Below are positions 45,669-54,435 of a DNA stretch of 64,000 bases, one piece after another (the first letter of the stretch is position 1; each line of letters begins with the position of its first letter). Below the pieces are notes generated by a model, which had not been told where the DNA came from, made no database searches, and worked only from the letters and a program-made list of their open reading frames with translations. The DNA is from an uncultured Ignavibacteriaceae bacterium. Its GTDB lineage: Bacteria > Bacteroidota > Ignavibacteria > UBA10030. The stretch is taken from NCBI GenBank assembly GCA_964534125.1, contig CAZHOJ010000003.1, forward strand, positions 265,188 through 329,187, read 5' to 3'. The translations under genes were made by a program, and so were the position numbers.

Positions 45669-46047
45669 GGGGTGGAATGACAGACCGGCGGTGCGTCCTA
45701 AGGTACGACCGGCCGGTGAATAGCTCAAGACGAATCGGTGCTCATGGACATACTTCCGGAACGCCAGGTGCCCTTGGCGATGCCCTGCCACATGGCGCAG
45801 CTCCATCCTCCGTCAGGCGTAAGAACCGAACGATGGCAAGGATACGGATTGGGGGTTGTCGACCTGAACCTGGGCATGTTCGATCCGCGATGGGCGTCCC
45901 TCCGCAGGGACGGCCACCTGGGGTTGCAGTTCGGGTTCAGTACGCTGGTCGGATATCTCCACAACAACGAACGCCCGACGATATGCCGGGCGTTCGTGAT
46001 ACATCGACGATCCAGAGCATCGGCTCGGGCAGCGGCCCGTCCCGTGA

Positions 46048-49000
46048 TTACTTCAGAAGGACCATGCTGCGCGTCCGCACCTCCCCTCCTGCTCTGAGGA
46101 CATAGACATAGAGCCCGCTTGGCATCGATGAGCCATCCCACGGAACATTGTGGAAACCGGCCGGCAGTTCCCTGTTGAGGAGGACCGCCACCTCCCGGCC
46201 CAGGATATCATAGACCATCAGTGAAACCTGCTGTTGCATGGGATTGTCGACGCGGATGGTCGTCGTCGGATTGAACGGATTTGGATAGTTCTGCGAAAGG
46301 CTCAGGACCTGCGGCACAGCATCCGCTTCCGGGCCGCCGGCCGAGACCGTTGAGCCGGTGAACGATCCGATGTTCCCGATGGCCCAGTCCGAGAAGGACG
46401 TCACATTTCCGACCGACGCCTCATATGGGCCTGTCCCGCTCACAGCGGCCTTCATTTCCGTCCATCCCGTGCCGTCATGTTTTCCGAGTACGACCGTGTC
46501 GCCCCGGGCGAATCCCGGCGCCTCATCTCCGGCATTCCACATCAGCGTCACCTGCGCCTGTGTCCCTCCGGCGACCTCCTCGCGGATCGTCCACATTCGC
46601 CGGACGGTCTTGCCTGTGTCGTTGGCAGCGTTGCGGACCGAATTCTGGACTCTCACTCTGAACTGATCTGCCGATCCCGCGTTCATCAGCTTCAACGGGG
46701 AGTACGTATGGGTACCGACGGGGAATTCGTGCGTGGCTCCGCTTCCGGCGTGGTACATCGTGAGCGCGCCACTGTCATTCGTGACCACGTACCGTGATGC
46801 GGTCGCTCCATCGATGGTGTCAACGCTCAGGCCATGAGGGCCGAGCATAAGCTTCCCATCCTCCAGCTTGAGGACGCCGTTCAAGCGCTGCTGCTTGCTC
46901 AGCGCAACGCCGAACGCATTCTTGACCACCAGCCCGTAGACGGTGTCCGGGAGGAGTGTGCCGGTCACCTGCCCTTCTGTTCCTTCATACGCGTAGGTCG
47001 CCTGCGTACTGAGCTGCACCGCTCCCGAACTCTTCACGTTGCCGTTCAGCCCCTGGGCATGCCGTGTGATCAATATGGCCCCGGAATCGACGACGACCGA
47101 GCCGCTCCCCGCGAGGGCACACGTATCGAGATCGAGCGTCGTCCCCGCCTGCAGTCTCACGGGGAAAGCCGTCATGGTATTGCCCGCGCCGAACCGCAGC
47201 TGCTGGACCCCTTGTTTCGCGAAAATGAACCGTGCGCCGGCACCGTTCGAATTCTGGGTCGTTGCGCCCGACATCGTCAGGTCGTCATGCAGGTACCACG
47301 ACGTCGTGCCTGTGCCCCCCTGGCTTCCCCGGCTGACGGAGAAGTTCCCGCCAGTGATCTCCACCGGGCCCATCGTGTGTATGGTGATATCAGTGAAACC
47401 GGCGCTCGTCCCATTGGAGGTCAGATTACCCCCCGTCTGAAGGATCCGGCCGTTCATCGTCACAGAGGCCGTCGTCCGCTCTGTGGCTGTGCCGGCCGGC
47501 GGCGCACAGAATTGCCATCTGCCCGATCCGGTACTGACGACCGTGATGTCCCCACGGATGGTGTTGCCATTCCAGCCGAGGTTCAGGTTCGCGGTCTGGG
47601 ACGGGCAATCCCAGATGACATGATGGAAATCCTGGTTCCCCCCGGACGGAGCTGCCGTTGTGATGCCCGTGAATTCACAGACCGAGCCTTCCTGCCATGC
47701 ACCCGGCGGTACGGCATCCCCATTGACCGCATGGAGGTATCGGGCGCCGTCGCGGAAAACAAGGGTATCGTTGGCATCGATGGAATGCTCGTTCGCGAGC
47801 GTCCCCCGTATCTCGCTTCGCGTCATGATGCGGAGGGTATCTCCCGCAGAGGTCGAGAGCCTGCACGCCGAATCGACCTCCACCGTTCCGGCCGCCACGC
47901 TCGCCGAGAGTGCGAGCCCCGCCTTGTTCGCCGAGCGAAGCGCGAGCACCGTATCCGGCATCAACGCTCCCGTGACCTGCGGGGCATCACTCCCAAATGC
48001 GAACTGTGCCTGCTTGCTGAGCGTCACACCGCCCGACTGCTGAAATGCTCCGTCCAGGCCCAGAGCGTGGCCGACCATGAGATGAGCTCCGGAATCGACG
48101 GCGCAGGTACCCGAGCCCTGTATCACCGCCGCGCCGACCATGAGGACGTATGCCGCTCCGTTGATGGCACAGACACCATTGACCGTGAGGGAGCCACGAT
48201 GTTCAATTTCTGTCTTCGCCCCATCAGCGGCCAGGGAGGTCAGCAGGTCCTTCCCCACTGCGAGCGATGCTCCTTCGCCGATGAGGAGCCGTGCTGCCTT
48301 TCCCGCACCTTGCGACTTCAGGTTCAGCGAACTATTCGGGCCGGAAAGATCAACATCGCCGTAGAAAGCATACGTGACGCTCTGACCTGAGGCAGAGCTG
48401 GCGCTGCTTCCCACCGCAACGCTCGCGTAGTTCGCAAACCTGACGGCCTTCCCTGCGCTAACGACAAAGGTATTGCCGTCCGTTTGCGGATACAGAGCGA
48501 CGCCGCCAGTCCCCGTCGAACCTGTGTACATGAACCTGGCGTCGATGTCGAGCACCGTCGTCGTGTTCGAGACGCCGGAGTTCACACGCAGACGCGATGG
48601 CGCGAACAATCCCGCTCCAGTGATGGTCACCGTCCCGCTGTCATTGGCATTCTCGATGGCTATGGCATCTCCCGTACCTGTCGTGTCGCCGAAGGCGCCG
48701 TTGACGATGACTGTCGGTCCCGTCACCCGCACGTACCGTATGGACGATGTCGGCAGCGCGACGCCTGTGCGGAAGGTCGCCCCGCTGTCGATGGTCAGTG
48801 TCAGGCAGTACTTGCCGGAGGCGTCAAGCACGACGTTAAAGCCATTCCGTATCGTGACGTTGTTGGCTGAGGAGGGCGCGGCAGAGGCGGATTCCCATGC
48901 CGCTCCGTTGAACACCTCCCATGTAGCTGCCGTGCCCCAGTTTCCGTTATTGACTGCCGAACGATAGTCGCCCGATGTCTGGGCAAATGCTGATGATGCG

Positions 49001-49050
49001 AAGAGAGCACATGCGAGCAGCAGAGTGATAGCTGGTAAGCTCTTGTGCAT
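46048..49050 (-). CDS. 1000-aa secreted beta-helix/adhesin-like protein with a T9SS C-terminal sorting domain
   Basis: Signal peptide, Gly/Thr/Ser/Ala-rich repeats, an internal ~75-aa duplication (GSGTCAVDSGAHLMVGHALGLDG.. versus GSGSVVVDSGAILITRHAQGLNG..). CTD is NYPNPFNPTTTIRV..SMVLLK. Confidence 0.85.
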   Translation of the reverse strand: MHKSLPAITLLLACALFASSAFAQTSGDYRSAVNNGNWGTAATWEVFNGAAWESASAAPSSANNVTIRNGFNVVLDASGKYCLTLTIDSGATFRTGVALPTSSIRYVRVTGPTVIVNGAFGDTTGTGDAIAIENANDSGTVTITGAGLFAPSRLRVNSGVSNTTTVLDIDARFMYTGSTGTGGVALYPQTDGNTFVVSAGKAVRFANYASVAVGSSASSASGQSVTYAFYGDVDLSGPNSSLNLKSQGAGKAARLLIGEGASLAVGKDLLTSLAADGAKTEIEHRGSLTVNGVCAINGAAYVLMVGAAVIQGSGTCAVDSGAHLMVGHALGLDGAFQQSGGVTLSKQAQFAFGSDAPQVTGALMPDTVLALRSANKAGLALSASVAAGTVEVDSACRLSTSAGDTLRIMTRSEIRGTLANEHSIDANDTLVFRDGARYLHAVNGDAVPPGAWQEGSVCEFTGITTAAPSGGNQDFHHVIWDCPSQTANLNLGWNGNTIRGDITVVSTGSGRWQFCAPPAGTATERTTASVTMNGRILQTGGNLTSNGTSAGFTDITIHTMGPVEITGGNFSVSRGSQGGTGTTSWYLHDDLTMSGATTQNSNGAGARFIFAKQGVQQLRFGAGNTMTAFPVRLQAGTTLDLDTCALAGSGSVVVDSGAILITRHAQGLNGNVKSSGAVQLSTQATYAYEGTEGQVTGTLLPDTVYGLVVKNAFGVALSKQQRLNGVLKLEDGKLMLGPHGLSVDTIDGATASRYVVTNDSGALTMYHAGSGATHEFPVGTHTYSPLKLMNAGSADQFRVRVQNSVRNAANDTGKTVRRMWTIREEVAGGTQAQVTLMWNAGDEAPGFARGDTVVLGKHDGTGWTEMKAAVSGTGPYEASVGNVTSFSDWAIGNIGSFTGSTVSAGGPEADAVPQVLSLSQNYPNPFNPTTTIRVDNPMQQQVSLMVYDILGREVAVLLNRELPAGFHNVPWDGSSMPSGLYVYVLRAGGEVRTRSMVLLK

Positions 49051-49402
49051 GATCTACCTCCATGATTTTGTCGTTGAACTACAGTGATCGTCCATGCGAC
49101 TCAGAATTGTGATCGGGAGAAAATTGCATCGCCCCGAAGCAGGAAGCGTTGATGTATGTCACGCGCAACTATTGCGTGCATGAAGTGTTGAGTAGCTCAA
49201 CAGCGACCCGAACGATCAAGGACCATATGGTCGATAAAGAGGAGGTCGCCCAGATAATCGCGTCGACGAGCTTCTGACATTTTTACGAATCACTGACCGT
49301 GATACATTCCCTCCATCTTTTTCTCATTTCTGAACCATCCCTAGCTGAAGGGATTGGCAGGATTCAGCGCCGATAGCATAATTTAGGACTCGCGAACCGG
49401 TC

Positions 49403-49636
49403 ATGGACCCCGTCATTCCATGGGGTCTTGTTCTGTGCAGCATGCGGCGGGGAGGCGATACGTTCGGGTTCACCGCTTCAGCCCGTTCAGACGAGCTTGC
49501 CAGACCGGGAGAAGAGATCCTCGGGACGACGATACAGGGATGCCGGCGGATCGAATCGACGGCCTCAGGGCTGGTGGTGGGCGACATCCGCTTCTTCGTG
49601 GCAGGCGAACATCGGTTCGCGCATACGGACATCTGG
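49403..49636 (+). pseudogene. Relic of a TonB-dependent receptor paralog (5' end fused in frame to an internal plug-domain fragment)
   Basis: 49321-49420 aligns with 55368-55466 (leader plus the first 6 codons). 49421-49633 aligns with 55879-56091 (..MRRGGDTFGFTASARSDELARPGE..FFVAGEHRFAH). There is no homology beyond that. Confidence 0.7.
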
Positions 49637-49987
49637 GATCACAGTTCGGCCACAGCACTCTTGCCGCCTACGTGCTGGAGTATGGCAGTCCGATGGCCGT
49701 CAAGTGCAATCGAGGAGCGGATCGGACCATCAACCAGGCGATGGTTCCGGTCTTGAATGCGCTTGTCGATGTGCTATTCGAACATCTCGGTGCGCGCGGG
49801 TCCGACCAGGAGGACGATCTGTCCGGCATGCTCGATCAGCTTGAGGAGACGCCGGATGATGTCCATCAATAACCATTCAAGACAGAACCAGACAAGCCGG
49901 GACTTCGTGTGTGCCTCATTCTGCCTCTCATTTGTAGGAATGCCCCGTCGAACATTTTTCCCCTGAATTCGTAGATTACGCATCCAG

Positions 49988-51121
49988 ATGCAGTTCTCCC
50001 TCACATCCTGCAGGATGCTCCCGCTCGTCTTTGCGATGGCCGTCGGGAGCCTTCATCTTGCATTCTCCCAGACAGTCTCACTGAACGGTCAGGCATCCTC
50101 CTGGCTCACCTCACATCCGGACGACGCACTCCTGTCCCACGCAGGCCTGCGGTATGTGCCGGAACTAAGCATCCCGGACATGGCGATCGCCGATGGATGG
50201 ACAGCGAACCTCGAAGCATCGGTCAATGCGTGGCTCGCGCTGAGCATAGCCAACAACCGCAGCACACAGACCGACAAGAACATCAAGCCATACCGGATGT
50301 GGCTGCGACTGGCGAGCGATCAGTTCGAGGCCCGCGTCGGCCTGCAGAAGATCAATTTCGGGTCCGCAATGCTGTTCCGGCCGCTCATGTGGTTCGACCG
50401 GCTCGACCCGCGGGATCCCCTGCAGCTCACCGACGGCGTCTACGCCGCCCTTGTCCGCTACTATTTTGCGGACAACACCAACATCTGGGTATGGGGACTG
50501 TACGGCAATGACGGAACGAAAGGATGGGAGACGATACCGACGAAGAAGAGAAGTATGGAGCTTGGAGGACGGATACAGCTGCCCAGCTTGTCGGGCGAGA
50601 TGGCCGCTTCGTACCACCATCGGTCTGCTTCTCTGCGCGACACGCTTGTCGCAGAAGACCGGTTCGCGCTTGACGGTAAATGGGACGTGGGGATCGGCCT
50701 CTGGTTCGAAGCGACCCTCACGCATCGAACGAGCGACCTGTCGCTGACCGCATATCAACGCCAGTGGACGTTAGGAGCAGACTATACGTTCGACATCGGG
50801 AACGGCCTGAATGTACTGACTGAATACTTCCGGTCGGAACAGGCAGACCGCCCGCTCGCGAAGGCTGACGGCGCAGGCCTCTCCGCCCTTTCAGCAAGCT
50901 ACCCTTTCGGCATCCTTGACAGAGGCTCTGTAATTCTCTACCGTGACTGGACGAACGACAACTGGTACCGCATCGCCACCTGGCAGCGGACGTACGACAA
51001 CTGGATCATCTATCTGCTGGCATTCTGGAACCCTGAGCAGGTGGAGCTGTACCAGACCCAGAGCGGCGGCAGTCCATTCAGCGGGACGGGCGTGCAGATC
51101 ATGGTAGTGTTCAACCATTAG
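49988..51121 (+). CDS. Putative outer-membrane beta-barrel protein
   Basis: Signal peptide ..AVGSLHLAFSQ, amphipathic beta-strand pattern, aromatic-rich. It is the first gene of the ABC cassette. Confidence 0.6.
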   Translation: MQFSLTSCRMLPLVFAMAVGSLHLAFSQTVSLNGQASSWLTSHPDDALLSHAGLRYVPELSIPDMAIADGWTANLEASVNAWLALSIANNRSTQTDKNIKPYRMWLRLASDQFEARVGLQKINFGSAMLFRPLMWFDRLDPRDPLQLTDGVYAALVRYYFADNTNIWVWGLYGNDGTKGWETIPTKKRSMELGGRIQLPSLSGEMAASYHHRSASLRDTLVAEDRFALDGKWDVGIGLWFEATLTHRTSDLSLTAYQRQWTLGADYTFDIGNGLNVLTEYFRSEQADRPLAKADGAGLSALSASYPFGILDRGSVILYRDWTNDNWYRIATWQRTYDNWIIYLLAFWNPEQVELYQTQSGGSPFSGTGVQIMVVFNH

Positions 51122-51148
51122 CCAGCATGAAGAGATATTTCACACAGA

Positions 51149-51168
51149 CCTGCCTGCCGGCAGGCAGG
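51149..51168. repeat. Perfect 20-nt palindrome CCTGCCTGCCGGCAGGCAGG
   Basis: Read directly, 28 nt after the stop at 51121. The same CCTGCCTGC/GCAGGCAGG word pair recurs at 54524-54549 and 35901-35930. Confidence 0.8.
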
Positions 51169-51286
51169 GACGCAGAGAGCGCAGAGGAAGGGACAATGAT
51201 ATGAATACATCCCCTATCTATTGCCTTGCATCTCTGCGCCTCAGCGTCTCTGCGTGTATTCATTTTCGCTGACAGCGGAGCTCCAT

Positions 51287-51988
51287 ATGCAGAACTCGGC
51301 TTTCATCCACACCCACACCCTCGACAAGATCTACAAGCTCGGCCTGACCTCGCTCAGGGCCCTCGACGGAGTGAGCCTTACCATCGAGAAAGGCGAGTTC
51401 CTGGGCTTCGTCGGTCCCAGCGGCTCGGGGAAGACGACCTTGCTGAACATCATCGGCTCGCTCGACGTGCCGACGAACGGCTCGGCAGAGGTGCTCGGGA
51501 ACAGGATCGAGACGCTCTCGCACAAGGACGCGGCACGGCTCCGGAACAAGCATCTGGGATTCATCTTCCAGACGTTCAACCTCCTTCCGGTCTACACCGT
51601 CTTCGAGAACGTCGAGTTCCCCCTCCTCCTGCTTGGATTGAACGGCAACGAGCGGCACAAAGCGGTCATGGAAGCTCTTGAATGGGTCGGCCTGGCCGAC
51701 AGGGCAGACTCGAAGCCTGCAGAACTGTCGGGAGGACAAAGCCAGCGCGTGGCCATTGCACGGGCCATCGTGAAGAAGCCCGAGCTCGTGCTTGCAGATG
51801 AGCCGACGGCGAACCTCGACGCACAGAACTCGCACCACATCATGAAGACGATGGTGCAGCTGAACCAGGACCTGCACACCACGTTCATCTTCGCGACCCA
51901 TGACGAAAAAGTGATCTCTTATTTGCGGAGGATCATCACGCTCGTCGACGGGAAGATCGCGAAGGACGAACGGGCATCCGGAAAGTGA
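51287..51988 (+). CDS. ABC transporter ATP-binding protein (MacB/LolD type)
   Basis: GPSGSGKTTLLN (Walker A), LSGGQSQRVAIARA (signature), LVLADEPT (Walker B). Confidence 0.95.
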   Translation: MQNSAFIHTHTLDKIYKLGLTSLRALDGVSLTIEKGEFLGFVGPSGSGKTTLLNIIGSLDVPTNGSAEVLGNRIETLSHKDAARLRNKHLGFIFQTFNLLPVYTVFENVEFPLLLLGLNGNERHKAVMEALEWVGLADRADSKPAELSGGQSQRVAIARAIVKKPELVLADEPTANLDAQNSHHIMKTMVQLNQDLHTTFIFATHDEKVISYLRRIITLVDGKIAKDERASGK

Positions 51989-51997
51989 GGTGATCCG

Positions 51998-53170
51998 ATG
52001 CTGACGCTCAAGCTTGCACTTCGCAACGTGCTCGGAGCAGGGCTTAAGACATGGCTGAACGTTGCAGCGCTGTCGTTCGCGTTCTTTGCCATCGTGTTCA
52101 TGCAGGGGCTTTACACAGGGATGGGCGACCAGATGGAGCAGGCGACAATAGACGCTCTCTACGGCGGCGGACAGTACTGGCATGCGTCCTACGACCCGTA
52201 CAATCCGCTCGAGCTGGAGGATGCGCATGGAACCGTTCCCCCTGAGCTGCAGGCACTCGTCGACGGGAGAACGGCAACCCCGATCCTCATCCGGCAGGCG
52301 GTCACGTATCCCGAAGGCCGATTCCGGAGCGTCCTGCTGAAAGGGATCGACCCGGCCCAGAACATTCTCACCGTCCCCTCCTCATTGCTGACGTCGGAGG
52401 ATGGAGCCATCCCCGCCGTGATCGGCACGAGGATGGCAAAGAGTACCGGCCTCCGGAAAGGCGACTACGCGACCGTCCAGTGGCGCGATGTGAACGGGAC
52501 ATTCGACGCGCGTGAGATCAGGATCGCGGAGGTCTTCCGGTCGAACGTTCAGACGATCGACCAGAGCCAGTTCTGGATCCCGCTCGAACAGCTCCGCCAG
52601 TTGACCGGTATGCCCGGCGAGGCCACGATGGTGGTCCTCTCGCGCGACGCACAATCCATCGCAGCGCCCGACGGCTGGGAATTCAAGGACCTCGACGCGC
52701 TCCTCAGCGATGTCCGCGCGATGGTGCAGACAAAGACGATCGGAGGAAGCATCTTCTATACGATCCTCATGTTCCTCGCGATGCTTGCCATATTCGATAC
52801 GCAGGTCCTTTCGATCTTCCGCCGGAAGAAAGAAATGGGCACGCTGATGGCCCTCGGCATGACCCGGCCTCACCTCATCGGCCTGTTCACGCTGGAGGGG
52901 GCCATCCACGCGGTGTTCGCGACGATCGTCGCGGCCATCTATGGAACACCGCTCCTCATCTGGATCTCCACCGCCGGCTGGCCATTGCCGGAAGCGACGG
53001 ACGACTTCGGGTTCGCGCTCGGCGAGAAACTGCTCCCGGTCTATCCGGCCGGGCTCATCATCGGCACGACGGTCCTCGTCCTCATTGTCACCACGATCGT
53101 CAGCTTCCTGCCGACGAGGAGGATCGCGCGCCTCAAGCCGACGGACGCGCTCAGGGGGAAGATATCATGA
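51998..53170 (+). CDS. FtsX/MacB-type ABC permease 1
   Basis: 390 aa: TM1, a large periplasmic domain, then 3 TMs. C-terminal ..PTRRIARLKPTDALRG. Confidence 0.85.
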   Translation: MLTLKLALRNVLGAGLKTWLNVAALSFAFFAIVFMQGLYTGMGDQMEQATIDALYGGGQYWHASYDPYNPLELEDAHGTVPPELQALVDGRTATPILIRQAVTYPEGRFRSVLLKGIDPAQNILTVPSSLLTSEDGAIPAVIGTRMAKSTGLRKGDYATVQWRDVNGTFDAREIRIAEVFRSNVQTIDQSQFWIPLEQLRQLTGMPGEATMVVLSRDAQSIAAPDGWEFKDLDALLSDVRAMVQTKTIGGSIFYTILMFLAMLAIFDTQVLSIFRRKKEMGTLMALGMTRPHLIGLFTLEGAIHAVFATIVAAIYGTPLLIWISTAGWPLPEATDDFGFALGEKLLPVYPAGLIIGTTVLVLIVTTIVSFLPTRRIARLKPTDALRGKIS

Positions 53171-54435
53171 TCCGATTCCTTCTGAAGGGACTGTTCCGCG
53201 ACCGTTCCCGCTCCCTGTTTCCTCTCATCATCGTCAGCGCCGGCGTCTTTCTGACCGTCGGCATGCAGGCATGGATCGGCGGTATGATGACGCTCATGAT
53301 CCAGACCTCTGCTCATTTCAATTCCGGACATCTGCAGGTGGCGACGAAGGCCTATGCCGGCGAGTCTGACCAGGCGGCGAACGACCTCGCGATACTGGGT
53401 ATCACGCCGGTCCTCACCGAGCTTCGGCAGGACTATCCCGACCTCCTCTGGACTCCTCGCATCCGCTTCGGCGGCATCCTGGACATCCCTGATGAGCAGG
53501 GTGAAACGCGCAGTCAGGCGACCGTCGGAGGGCTTGCTGTGGACCTGAACGACGACAGTCCGGAGATGGGGATCCTGAGCCTCCGGGAGGCCATCGTCGG
53601 CGGGCAGCTGCCTGAAGCGCCCGGAGAGATCCTTATCTCTGATGAGCTTGCACGAACGCTCGGCGTCGCTCCCGGAGGGACCGCCACGCTCATGACCACG
53701 ACGATGTACGGAAGCATGTCCGTAACGAACTTCACAGTCGCCGGGACGTTCAGCTTCGGTATATCAGCGATGGACCGCGGGATGATCCTCGCCTCGTTGC
53801 CCGACATACAGCACGCCCTCGACATGACGGATGGCGCCGGGGAGATCCTTGGCTTCTTCAATGACGACCTGTACCACCACGAGCGTGTGGCGGAGGTGAC
53901 CACCGGCTTCACTGCGGACCACGGGTCGGATGATCCGTTCTCTCTGACCATGAGGACTTTCCGGGATGTGAGCGGCCTCGGAGAGTACCTGGACCTGATC
54001 GGCGTGTTCAACGTCGTCATCATCGGCATCTTCCTGTTCGCGATGTCGCTCGTGCTCTGGAATGTGGGTCTGACCTCCGGCCTGCGGCGGTACGGCGAGA
54101 TCGGCGTACGGCTCGCAATCGGCGAGGAAAAGGGACATGTCTACCGCACCATGATCGCCGAATCGGTCATGCTCGGCATCGGCGGCTCTGTTGTGGGAAC
54201 GGCCATGGGGCTTGCTGTGGCCTACTACCTGCAGATACATGGGATCGACATCGGCTCGATGATGAAGGGAAGCACGGCCCTGCTGACGAACGTCGTCCGG
54301 GCCCAGGTGTCGCCGTTCACGTATGTCATCGGATTCATTCCCGGCCTGCTTGCGACAGTGCTCGGGGCAGGCATTGCCGGCATCCGCATCTACCAGCGAC
54401 AAACCGCCCAGCTCTTCAAGGAACTTGAAACATGA
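53167..54435 (+). CDS. FtsX/MacB-type ABC permease 2
   Basis: 422 aa with the same topology. 4-nt overlap with permease 1. Confidence 0.85.
   Translation: MIRFLLKGLFRDRSRSLFPLIIVSAGVFLTVGMQAWIGGMMTLMIQTSAHFNSGHLQVATKAYAGESDQAANDLAILGITPVLTELRQDYPDLLWTPRIRFGGILDIPDEQGETRSQATVGGLAVDLNDDSPEMGILSLREAIVGGQLPEAPGEILISDELARTLGVAPGGTATLMTTTMYGSMSVTNFTVAGTFSFGISAMDRGMILASLPDIQHALDMTDGAGEILGFFNDDLYHHERVAEVTTGFTADHGSDDPFSLTMRTFRDVSGLGEYLDLIGVFNVVIIGIFLFAMSLVLWNVGLTSGLRRYGEIGVRLAIGEEKGHVYRTMIAESVMLGIGGSVVGTAMGLAVAYYLQIHGIDIGSMMKGSTALLTNVVRAQVSPFTYVIGFIPGLLATVLGAGIAGIRIYQRQTAQLFKELET

Noticed and set aside
49421-49633. A diversity-generating retroelement template/variable pair (relic versus intact receptor fragment).
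   Set aside because: The substitutions involve all four bases with no adenine bias, and there is no reverse transcriptase gene in the window.
49650-50004. A minus-strand ORF fragment (..MDIIRRLLKLIEHAGQIVLLVGPARTEMFE*, continuing in another frame as HIDKRIQDRNHRLVDG..) that might be a decayed P-loop ATPase or mobile-element gene.
   Set aside because: The Walker-A-like stretch lacks GK[ST], the reading frame is broken, and I cannot place it in any family by eye. It is noted only as a possible further scar at this rearranged junction.
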